Assembly (NCBI RefSeq): GCF_037042905.1
Contig: NC_087252.1
Location: 20,586,001 to 20,650,000, forward strand
From: Lytechinus pictus
Lineage: Eukaryota
Length of the DNA: 64,000 bases
Direction of reading: 5' to 3'
Every line of letters starts with the position of its first letter. Position 1 is the stretch's first letter. Shown here piece after piece: positions 1 to 10,890 of the stretch. A program made the position numbers and the translations under genes. The notes under the pieces are model-generated. The model worked only from the letters and a program-made list of their open reading frames with translations. It had not been told where the DNA came from and searched no databases.

Positions 1-2933
1 AACAACCGTAATCATGACCCGAAAATAGCATTGAAAAAGAATTTCCGTGCAAATGAGGTGATAAAGAATGCAATGTACCAAACTAGCCTCGTCATTTATG
101 GTATGATCTACTGTAAACTACCTTTCATGTGTTCTTCTCGACAATAATATCAGAATTAATATTATGGAGATATTCAGACTACATGTATGATTCAACAATA
201 AAAAATATCTTGACCATGTGGCCTGCATTACATCACCTTTTCAAATAAGTCTTTTCAGATTTTCTATTACAATGGATACATACACACCAGACCTTTTTTT
301 TCAAAAAAAAAGAAAAAAAAAAAGAAAGACTTTTTAGATGATTGATTACAATGAATACATTCACATCAGACTTCTTGTTTCACATATCTCCAACATTTGT
401 AAAGAAAAGCTTTTCAGATCTATCAATTTAACATACTTGATGAGTACACTAATCTCCTTATGTTTCTTTATAGAAAAGCTCAATAACGACCACTTGTCAT
501 CATGATTGTTATTTTAATTAATGAATGTACCAAAAGACTCATTCAGTGATAGTAGCTAATCATGACTGACTAAATTAGAATACAAATGCAAATAATGTAA
601 TGAAAAAAAAAGCAATGTGTTTAGTGGGTTTATCAAGCAAGGTGTACATTTCATTCTTTTTGACAATGACCTCATTATACATGCAGATATTCAAGGTTCA
701 TCAATAAAATTGTTTTGATCGTTTTAAAATATGTGGCTTGTCTTTTAATTACCCCTTTAAAGAATGCATTTTAAATGACTTCATTTCAAAAAGATGGACT
801 GAAGTAATGGATAAATATCCGATTTGCCTGACACACCCACTAAGTTAATGCATGCAATTTTTTCAATTGTGCTCATGTCTTAATACACCCGATCGAGTAC
901 AAATATCTCCATTACATTTTTACAAAGCGCACTTTAAAAGTGTACCATTAAAGAATGTGCCAAAAGACATGCATGGTTTTGTAGACTCCCATTCATTAGT
1001 GATAATTACAGCCATGATGGCGAACCAGGAATGTAAATGCCATTGTGAGTCAATGTTCTATACATCAATTTCATGATTTTTTTTTCTAACTATGAATACA
1101 TAAGATAATGCATATGTCAGTTTAGCACTCGTTCATGGGGTGATCGTAAAACACTAAGTGGAAAAAAAAAAACTAAATAAATCTGGCTCTACCCCCCCCC
1201 CCCCCTCTGCCTTTCTCGTCTTTTTACATACACGTCTTGATATTGGCAAAAGCGGAACATGGGGCACAATAATTTGGTATCGTGACTTTCTTGACAATTA
1301 TGTAAACAGAATATTCAGTACCGCAGTATGAGATTTATCAATGTAATCGTTCAAAATGTTCCACATAAAATGTGGTCTGTTTTAAAACGCCTCTCCTCGT
1401 ACTTTTTTTTCTTCAGGCAAAGTAATGAATAAATACAAACTTCTAGTGTCACGATATTCAATTCATGCACCTTTCAGTTCCGCATATACACCAAACTCAG
1501 AGGTATAAAATGAACATTTATGTCCAGTATTGTCAACTTATATATTCTCAGAAAATAATAACAGGCATTAGGCCCAAAATCGACCTGAATATGCAAATTA
1601 TAATATTTGATCTCCTTTCTCTCCACCATCCTTACCCCCTCTCGTGCATTATAGTGCAAATGATATTTCCTTCAGACTATTTGTTTTCCTTTTTAAATTG
1701 TTATTAAAATTATCATGAGTTGCGACTTCAGATATATTTAGTACCAAATCAGTATACCAATAATCGTTCAATATATTATGTGGATTTTTTTTTTTAGATA
1801 GCCTCTGTCGCACCATAAAGTCTTCTTTTTTCAAAAAAAAAAAAAAAAAAAACCAAGGCGAAATTCTGATTAGGCGCTAACTTCCAATTTGAAGTTATTT
1901 CATAACTGTGATGTTGTTTATGCACCTCTCAAATTTGCATTTACTGTCCAAACAGCGTTATAAATAAATATTACTGCATTCTGGTCACATTCAATTTTAT
2001 ATATATAAATGTATACCATGTAGTCACCTTTCTACAGAGAGAGAGAACACAATAATAATAATAACTAAATGACATGAAGTGATATAAACTACCGCTAAGA
2101 ACATTATAAATATGCATTACCTCTTCATGTAAAATGATGGAAGAGCATATTGCGTTTAGAATATCATCCACTGAATTGATTGAAGGTTTGACAATCGAAA
2201 GAAAAGACAGGGGGAGGACTTTAACCTTGCCAATGAGGTATCAATATTCATGTCATGCAGTTAATGATAGTAAATTATTAAATTTTAATAAGTCACAAAA
2301 AGTCAAACAAAATGGTCACTGTCTTTTTTTCCATCCCCCTCTGTCTTTCCCTCTCTTGAATAAAATCATTTAAAACATTATTACTAGATTTAATAGCCAT
2401 AAAATAAATTCACACGCTGTTCTACATTCTATCTGTGGCTAGAATTTAATCTTGTAATAAATGCAGTTTCAACATGATCTACTTTTTTATGATGATAGTT
2501 TCGAAAGTAGAATGTGATCATAAATTGCTATCATTATATAACCACTTATCAGTCAAGTTATCAATGAACATTTTTCATCATCTCCGAAGAAAACATTTCA
2601 ATTCAATCCTCTAGTACCTGTATATTGTTTCCAGTCTATTCCATCTGTATCAAATCATAATTGTCGTCTCAAAACTCAGCAGATGTTCACAATTTCATAT
2701 ACAGCATGTATGTTTATCATTTCTCTTGTTTCCTTTCCTTTATGTCAACTTTATTTTCTTCGTCTTCCTGTTTCCATGTTCTTGATAAGCTGTCTTGATT
2801 TATATAGCATGTTCACAGAATTTCAGAAACATTCGCTACTTAAATTAATGAAAGTAATAGATGATTCTTACCAATTTCCATGCTTTTTTATGATGATAGT
2901 TAATGATGGGTAATTGTAGTCTCGCATCTCTGC

Positions 2934-3833
2934 TTATTCTCCCCCTACTGCACCTTTCAACTCTCCTTCCAAGTCTGCACCTTTCTTCTGGGTCCCTTCT
3001 GTCACTTCCATGGCACCTCCTCGATCTGAAGCTCTACGAGGTAATCTGTCGCGTCTTTCGGCCTTTTCCAAGAATTTTCTCTGGTCCTCTCTGCTGATGT
3101 ATTTCCCCTCAATGTACAGTTTCCAAGGCTCCGTTCTCGAAAAGAAGGCAAGCCGTCCCTCATTTCTCGCTGCCCTCAAGGCTGGCATTTGCAATCGTCG
3201 TTCATCTCTCACTCTTTTCGGCAAATCGTCCGCGATATAAAAAGAGCTCCCCTTCAACTTTTTAGCATTGCCAATAACCAACATTTTGTCACTGTAGCGA
3301 AGGTACCTCGCTTTGATAGGGCGTGGTCGCGACGCCGCAGCGACTCTATGTACACGTTGGTGTTCAATATTTTCCACTTGCTCATCTGTTAGCCCCAAGT
3401 TAACTTTGTAGAATTCTCTCACGATATTTTCTGTATCTTCCTTTTCCGATTTCTCAGGGATTCCCATAATCACGACATTTTCACGGCAAATATAAGCGGC
3501 GAGTCTGTCAATTTCTTTTCCTCTTTCCAGCTGTTCTTCTTTCATTTCGTTTTCCAGACGCGGAATCTCCTTCTTTAAATGCTCTGTTTGATGATTTTGA
3601 AATTTAAGCGCTTCAGAAAACTCCTTCAAACGCTTGTCAAAGCTTTCAACATGCTGGGATAGATGAGTTTCTAGCTTAGTAAAACGTTCATTTATTTTTC
3701 CCATATGGGAGTCTAATATCTTCTCAATCGAAGGAAGTAATTGCGGGCTTTCTGGCTTGCTGTAGATGGGGCTTGTTGGCGTAAGCGGTCGACGCCGCTT
3801 TGACCCGGCGTTTCCAGAGGTAGCCTTGCTCAT
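2934..3833 (-). CDS. Intact L1-type ORF1p (coiled coil + RRM + CTD; Transposase_22-like) of a non-LTR retrotransposon
   Basis: 299-aa uninterrupted ORF. It has a basic N-terminus, a coiled-coil stretch, then RENVVIMGIPE...RVHRV...RPRPIKARY...FYIADDLPKRVRDERR...WKLYIEG, the motif order typical of L1/L2-clade ORF1. A short GC-richer 5' leader extends to about 3930. Confidence 0.88.
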   Translation of the reverse strand: MSKATSGNAGSKRRRPLTPTSPIYSKPESPQLLPSIEKILDSHMGKINERFTKLETHLSQHVESFDKRLKEFSEALKFQNHQTEHLKKEIPRLENEMKEEQLERGKEIDRLAAYICRENVVIMGIPEKSEKEDTENIVREFYKVNLGLTDEQVENIEHQRVHRVAAASRPRPIKARYLRYSDKMLVIGNAKKLKGSSFYIADDLPKRVRDERRLQMPALRAARNEGRLAFFSRTEPWKLYIEGKYISREDQRKFLEKAERRDRLPRRASDRGGAMEVTEGTQKKGADLEGELKGAVGGE

Positions 3834-3949
3834 TTTACTCGATATAGCACCAGCTCAAAGTTGCGTATAAAATGAATAGCGAAGGGGAGGAGCGGCTCAA
3901 ACACGTCCTTACTCTACTCGGTCATGTCGGCTTTTTTGGTTTCCCAGAT

Positions 3950-4840
3950 CGATTGTACATAATACAGTCAATGTCTTTTGGCGGCCATTTTGAAAGTCAA
4001 AATACAATATTTAACACAAATATGAAACCCGAATAATATATTTCGTTGCAAATTATATTTGAAGACAGTATTCCACTAATTTACCACAAAAAAATACCTT
4101 TTAGTGCTCACCTTGTGATTGTTTTTGTCCTCTCTCACATCGTAGATCATAATTTTAGGGCCTTTGGCGGTCATATTAAATATCAAAATACAGGGTTTAT
4201 CACATACATGGCATGTTAAATAATAAATTTCGTTAACAATAATGTTTTTAGTCAGTATTCCACTCGTTTATCTCAACAAAATGCATTTTAGTGCTCACTC
4301 TTGTGATTTTTTGTGTCACCATTCACATTGTACATAATAGTGTTAGGGCTTTTGAAGGCCATTTTGAATATCAAAATACAGGATTTATCACATAACTGAC
4401 ATAAAAAAATGATATATATCGTTAGCAATCATGTTTACAGACATTGCTTCACTCATAGATCATAATTACTTGCATTTCAGTGCTCAATTTTGTAAAAATT
4501 AATTTTCCCCATTCATATTGTACAGGGTTCTATGATGGCGGCCATTTTGATATCAAGAAAATAAATATTTTGACAAAAATCATTTTTTTCAGATATTATT
4601 TCACTCCGGCAGCACAATTGCATGTACTTTAAAGCCAATGTGTGGACAATTTTATGATTTTCATGGGTAATTTGAATATTTTGGCGGCCATATTGGATTT
4701 TGCCAATTTGCAGAAAACGCTCAAGGTTACACGAGTGGCATCATTCAGATTCGGAATCAGCACCCTCGAATTGACAAGAAACCATAAAAAAACATTGTAT
4801 ATATAAAAAAACAAGGTTCGACCCCTTCTATCCTGGACTA
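3950..4840. mobile_element. One arm of a non-autonomous DNA transposon with ~180-bp subterminal repeats (possibly Academ-like)
   Basis: GGCGGCCATTTTG-type motifs recur at about 3980, 4166, 4357, 4538 and 4683, and the arm ends ...CCTGGACTA. The architecture matches the arms at 59696-62752. The superfamily is inferred only from the CTA-3' end. Confidence 0.6.
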
Positions 4841-5075
4841 ATGGGTCGGGGAGTTGTGACTGGTAGTGTATATAAATCAACCGATTATCACTAGACACAT
4901 CCTGTTAGTGTGTTGTTTAACTATGACAAAAATGTTAAAAATATGATAATATTGTAGTGGTGAATTAAAGTTATACTTACACAATTTTGTGAAAGAAATG
5001 GATAAAGAGAACAATGGCAGGCGCAAGGTTCCTCCGAGTTATCTGCCCTTTGGAAAAATTGGTGATGCCGAAAAA

Positions 5076-5147
5076 TTTCTCTGCCGGAAATCGAACCCGG
5101 GGCCCCAGCTTTGAACTCCGGTTCCTTAACCACGAGACCACAGAGAC
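5076..5147 (-). tRNA. tRNA-like gene/pseudogene, anticodon TCA, in repeat unit (degenerate copy)
   Basis: 72-nt cloverleaf homologous to 31040-31111, followed by T5. It lies within a repeat spanning about 4975-5275. Confidence 0.5.
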
Positions 5148-5854
5148 GGGATAGTGTCTAGGGCGCCCCCAATCCGATTGACAGATTTTCTTCTTTTGTC
5201 CGGTGTAGGTAAGGTGGGTTTTAAACAATAAGTGGTTAAGGCACCGGCGTTCAAAGCTGGATTGCCAAAGCTGTTATACGCGAAAAAAATGTTTTATATT
5301 GTCTTTTTGAATGTTTGTTTTGATACGAAATACAAACAGGCAAAAATGATGTTTATTTGACTTGAATACAATTTTCATGAATTGATAAATTGCGTTGCCT
5401 TAATACATTAATCAAAGAAGAAAGTTATGTTCATCTCTATGGACAAACACTGTACATGGTATCATTCGGGGATTTCCAATGCTCCTTCATTGTGTTATCA
5501 TTACTAAATGTGCATCTTTCGGGGAGGTGTCAATGGGTAGTCTATTCAACGACAATGAGTGTCGAATAGCCTTAAAAATAGATGGAAAAAAAGCAAGGGA
5601 AAGCACAGTGGTCGCCCAACTACCCTATATGACGACCCCCAAGATTTTTCTCGACTTCGAAGAAGGGGTATTGATGAACATAAGTAGGGAGCGAACATTC
5701 CGACATTCTGAATCTGAGTATGAATCACTAAAACAATTTCAAACTGAACTCCATTAACACGAAATCATGAGTCATTCATTTCCCGTATGGGGTGTACATG
5801 ATTACAAAGCTATCGAAGAATATAACACGTCGACAAATGCTGCTGAATTTGGCA

Positions 5855-7146
5855 ATCGTTACGAAAAGCTTGACAACTCATCGCAAAATTATTTTTTCAT
5901 CAATTCAATGCGATGAATCTTGTACATACACTTGTATATGAATGTCAATGCCACGAACACGCGGTTAAGAATTACAAAAGAAGTTGTAGGATGGAATGTC
6001 TGTAGTTTTGGGTGTGTGTTTTAGTATGTGCGTGTGTGCACGTGTGAGAGAAATAGAGTCACACCTGTGTTGGTCGGTGTACGTATATAAGCAAGGAGGT
6101 TCCATCCCGAAACATACTTCGCTTGAGGGCATGTGTTTCATGTATATTTCCGGCTCACGATTTAAACATTAGTTTTGAGGATAAGTGGTCGATTGATAAA
6201 GCGCCTGACTACAACAGTTTGGGGTTTCATTCCTGGGATATTTACGCCCAAGAGCAGTAGTATTTTACCTGCAATGTCCATTTTATCGTATCTCAAATAG
6301 AGCAAGTACTATATTGGTACCACCATTTGTACATTCTTTTCTAACCAACAAATAACTATACAATTTGAAAATCATATTAACAGTGCCAAACCTTTAGGAC
6401 ACGACTGTACAATTATATATTGTCTCTACAAATGTTCATCCTTCTTGTTGTTCAATGCTCAAAACCTTCTCCACAGCTTGATCATGATGCGATCGATACA
6501 TTTGCAATCAATTTGGCGTTGAGCCAGAGATAGTTGGTTTTCCCTACGATCAAAAGGCACCAACTAGTACGCCAACCGTTTGCAAAGCATTAATTGTTAT
6601 TTTATTCTATATTACTCCTTTTGTGACGAAAGACCTTCCTTTTGAGTATTTTGCACATTTCACTTAGGTGACGTGTGGAGACCCAGATCAAGCTCTAGCT
6701 TGTACGGAAGCTTTAAAGTGCCATCGACTTGTAGAGATGGTGAGATAAAGTAAAAAATATTTCATTGTTCGAAATAGACATGAAATGAAATACTCCGAAA
6801 AATTTGCTTTTCCCAATCGATCGTGGGCCCGGCAGCCGCTGTGTAGTGCTAGATCGACGAGGCTTTATCCCTTTATCGTCGAACACCAAACAGGGTAGCA
6901 ACAATTCATATTCATAAACGTCTGTTGGTCTGACGTGGCCGGGGTTTGAACCCCGACCTCCCGGTTGTGAGACGGACGCTCTACCAACTGAGCCAACACA
7001 CCGGTCAATGGTTCTCTCTAAGCATATATAACAATATCATTGTGTTGACTTGGCGAGATATAATATCTCGCCAAGTTGAAATATAACTTTTCATATGTAG
7101 ACTTGGCGATATAATATATCTGGCCAAATTGACAAATATTTTGTAG
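5855..7146. repeat. Left copy of ~1.25-kb inverted duplication (partner 22529-23781)
   Basis: Continuous reverse-complement similarity, e.g. 6661-6745 vs 22975-23060 and 5855-5873 vs 23761-23780. Confidence 0.85.
6755..7005 (-). mobile_element. tRNA-derived SINE
   Basis: A box TGGCTCAGTTGG and B box GGTTCAAACCC, followed by a non-tRNA body. A second copy lies at 22619-22870. Confidence 0.8.
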
Positions 7147-7340
7147 TACATCATTATCTGCCTAAACCAGAGAACAGCAGATTCATTCCACCGAATCTAT
7201 TGATCTCCGGCCCGAGCAGGCAACCATGGCAACAGTGAGCCGAACAGCTGCGACCGATAGTCCATGTGTGCTATATGAATTGTTAATTTGTGGAATACAA
7301 TGTACAGTATAATCTTTGGACATATTTGGCCTTGGAAAAA

Positions 7341-7342
<2 letters not shown>

Positions 7343-7392
<50 letters not shown>

Positions 7393-7410
7393 ATATGTAT
7401 ATATACATAT
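7343..7410. repeat. (TA)n microsatellite
   Basis: Direct reading. Confidence 0.95.
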
Positions 7411-7530
7411 GTTTTGTGATCCAAAGACAAATATAGCCAACATGCACACTTTAATAAACATAAAATTATGTCGATGTAGGTTAGTGTTGTGTAAATATCT
7501 AGTACACATTGATTAATGTTGTTGGTCAAA

Positions 7531-7818
7531 CACTGTTAAAAAACCCTGATTTTTAGAGAAAAATTAAAACCAGAAGATTTTGCAGAAAGCAATAACAGAA
7601 TCATTCTGTAAATTCATGAAACATGAATTTTTCTGAAATTTAACAGAATAGGTCTGTTTAAAAAGGGGAAAAGGCTGTTTTATTTAAGAAAATTTGAAAG
7701 GTTCCATACACCAAATAGCAATTCCCTGTAAGATTTCGCAATCTGGTAAGATTACAGGTGTTCTCGAGATTCTGCTGCAGGTACTTCTTTTATTTTAAGG
7801 ATAAATTTTCTAACAGTG
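7531..7818. mobile_element. MITE with CACTGTTA...TAACAGTG termini inserted in a minisatellite
   Basis: Terminal inverted repeats. The element interrupts the GGTCATACCTTAT motif of the surrounding tandem repeat. Confidence 0.7.
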
Positions 7819-8145
7819 TACCTTATTGTCAAAGAACACTTAGTGTCAGTGAACACATTAATTGATGTTATTGATCATACCTTATTTGTCAAAGAACACC
7901 AAATGTCAGTGTACGCATGTGTCTAGTCCACATTGATTGATGTTAAAGTGTCAGTGAACAATAATGGATGTTATTGGTCATACCTTATTTGTCAAAGAAC
8001 ACAGAATGTCAGTGATCTCATGTGCCTAGTACACATTGATTTATGCTATTGGCCATACCTTATTTATCAAAGAACACAAAATGCAAGTGAACACATGTGT
8101 CTAGAACACATTGATTGATATAATTAGTCATACCTTACTTGTCAT
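7819..8145. repeat. Degenerate minisatellite (~55-85 bp units, CCTTATTTGTCAAAGAACAC core)
   Basis: The core recurs at about 7821, 7880, 7983, 8057 and 8133. Confidence 0.8.
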
Positions 8146-8688
8146 ACATTCGTGTACAACACATTTTTATGTCACGGGAATGTGTTTGCTGATTATTATC
8201 AATTTGTAAATCGTAAAATACATTATATATATTTTAACAAAGTACATCATACTTTTATCATTTTTTTTTACTTGACGTATTTCTTAATGTTGATAAAAGG
8301 ATTGGCGAAAACCATGTAATGACCTTTCAACAATTTATCACTCGACATTATTATCATGCTGTGTGTTCAACAATCTATAACATATATTTTCAACACCATT
8401 ATGTTTGAAAGACCCTGCCTTCTATTACACAAATTAAGAAATTGCAAATCCCCCAAACATACATCAACTGTTAATCACATGACACGTCATTTTAGTGTGT
8501 TTAAATAATGATGTAGACAAAATAAATACTACAATAGTGTGATTATGAAATCAGCTTTATTTACACTATACCCTGATACATACACAGTTTTAATATACTA
8601 TTTACACAGCACTAACATATAACCAACATAATTTGATGTTTATTAAAGTGTACATGTTCGCTCTATTTATATTTGGATCACAAAACAT

Positions 8689-8696
8689 ATGTATGT

Positions 8697-8751
<55 letters not shown>
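8689..8751. repeat. (TA)n microsatellite
   Basis: Direct reading. Confidence 0.95.
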
Positions 8752-8754
<3 letters not shown>

Positions 8755-8909
8755 CTTGTTGTTGCTTTTTGTTTAATTTATCAAAGTCTAATCGTTTGTT
8801 TTGTCACTGCAAGTTTATTTTGTGATCTGATCTGTTACATGTATTATATCCGAAGGCATCAAGAAAATTATTATGGAATGTACTATGGGTGATATTGATG
8901 GTATGGCTA

Positions 8910-9459
8910 CCCGGGGGGGGGGTCACTTACATTGACGAGTGGATAACATGCGCGACCAAAAAAACACGTAAAAAGGATGTCTTTTTCACGATAGGGCACG
9001 TTACGTACGTAACGTGATAAGGGTGTCAAAAACACAAAAATAATGAAAAAAGGGTATCTGTTTCGCCAGGAAAATTACGTGTTTAGGGTCGAAATCGCGG
9101 GTATGATAAAACAAAATTAAAATGTTTTGTATTTTTGCCCCAACACTTCGTGTTTAGAGTCCGATTTGCGCGAGGTGTAGAAGGTGGGGTCGTACTAAAC
9201 CAAATAAGGTAAAGCCGACGACCGAAGGATCCATAACAATAAAACATTCCTGTACTTGTTTAGGGGTTAATTTCAGGGAATATTTGCCAAGAGTATCGTT
9301 TTGTTACCAATACTTGTTAAGGGTAGGGTTTCACACGCCAATACTTGTTAAGGGGCGCATTTTCAGAATATGGAAATTACGTGTTTAGGGTGCTTTTCGA
9401 GACCCCATGGTCGCGCATGGTATCCACTCATGAATGGAAGTGCCCCCCCCCCCCCCGGG
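8910..9459. mobile_element. MITE with CCCGGGGG termini and 8-bp TSD
   Basis: TIRs CCCG(n)TCACTTACATT..GAGTGGATAACATGCGCGACC / GGTCGCGCATGGTATCCACTC..AAGTG(C)nGGG. Perfect TSD TATGGCTA at 8902-8909 and 9460-9467. Confidence 0.88.
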
Positions 9460-9539
9460 TATGGCTAATAGAATAACCAGCGTCGATAATAAGTATTACA
9501 CTCAAAAAGAATTTTCCAATTTTTAATGAATAATTATAA

Positions 9540-10890
9540 TACTAAAGATACTTTAACAATACTTTTTAAAATTGTCGAAGCTTGAGGCGTAATTTTAACA
9601 ACTTGTCTTAATGTATTTATTGCTTTAAAAAAACATTACAATATTTGGTTTATCTGAAACATGGCTTAGGGAAAACTAGGAACAGTACTTCAATATACAA
9701 GACTTTTTGTTCATTACTAATACCGTGATAACAAGCGTGGGATGGAGTTGGCATACATGTAAATAAGAATTTAAAGTTTAAAAGGATACCCGATTTAGAT
9801 ATTTTTCAAAATTGTATATTGTATAGAGAGTTTATTCATCGAAACTCACATAAAGTCATTATGTATCATAGTTTCAGTCATTTAAACACCTCCTAACCAG
9901 TCATTAAACATTTCTTAGAATCTGTTCAAACCCCTTTCAGTAAAATCTCAAATGAGAAAAAAACAATGTAATATTATGGGTGATTTCAATGTTGACTTAG
10001 CATGTTAGTGGACCTATATTCTACGACATATACTCAAGATTTTCTTAACACTTTTGCTACGTTTCCATACATTCCATTGATAAATAAACCCAAAAAGATA
10101 ACACATAACTCGTCAACAATATTAGATAATATTTTTGATAATCAGCCTGAAAATGTTTCGGAAGCTGCTGGTATTGTTACAACAGGGGCCTGTTGCATAT
10201 AACTTTTTACCTGAGAAAACTCTGGTAAAAACTGAAAACTAAGGTTAGCCTGATTTCTGCCATTGACTTTAACACAGGGCAAAAACTCCGGTAAAAACAA
10301 CCTGAGTTTTCTCAGGTAAAAAGTTTTATGCAACAGGTCCCAGATGTAAGTGATCACCCAACTCATTTTGCTATAATCCATTATTTTAACAACAATGATT
10401 TCAACACTCATTACACAGTAAGAGACTTTTGTGGGAAAAAATATGATAACATTTGTTATGAAATTACAGTGTGTTGATTGGAAATGCTTAAATAATACAG
10501 AAAATGTCAATGAAGTTAATGATACATTTTTAGACATTTACAAAAAATATATACAACGGGAGTTTCCCCAATAACAAATGTTAAAACAAAAAAGGTATCT
10601 GCTGAAAAGCCCTGGTTTAATACGCACATCAAGAAAATTTGCAAACATAAATACTTACTATAAAATATTTTTTTAAGAACCCAACATCTCACAGGGAAAA
10701 TGTATATTAAAGTTACAGAAACACTGTTCATAACTTCATCCGTTTAAAGAAACATGAATTTTATCATCATGACTTTAACAATAATATCAATAATATATTT
10801 TAACAAAAGATAAGAATCGATATGCCGATTAAAACAATGGAGGAGTTACCGAAAACAAGCAAGAAATTGTACAAATATTTAATGACTTGG
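9540..10890 (+). pseudogene. Decayed CR1/L2-clade LINE ORF2, APE endonuclease portion
   Basis: Frameshifted motifs IFGLSETWL (~9640), IMGDFNVDL (~9975), INKP.KITHNSSTILDNIF (~10080), DVSDH (~10345) and KPWF (~10608). Confidence 0.85.
10186..10340. mobile_element. PIF/Harbinger-type MITE inserted in the LINE
   Basis: TIRs GGGCCTGTTGCAT / ATGCAACAGGTCC, flanked by a CAG 3-bp TSD. A second copy lies at 53546-53700. Confidence 0.85.

Noticed and set aside
7183..7529. YI-repeat ORFs (also 8689-8892)
   Set aside because: Translations of (TA)n microsatellites.
7819..8145. CRISPR-like appearance of regularly spaced repeats (also 3950-4700, 27260-27860, 59740-60070)
   Set aside because: The spacers are homologous to each other, the context is eukaryotic and there are no cas genes. 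These are minisatellites or subterminal transposon repeats.
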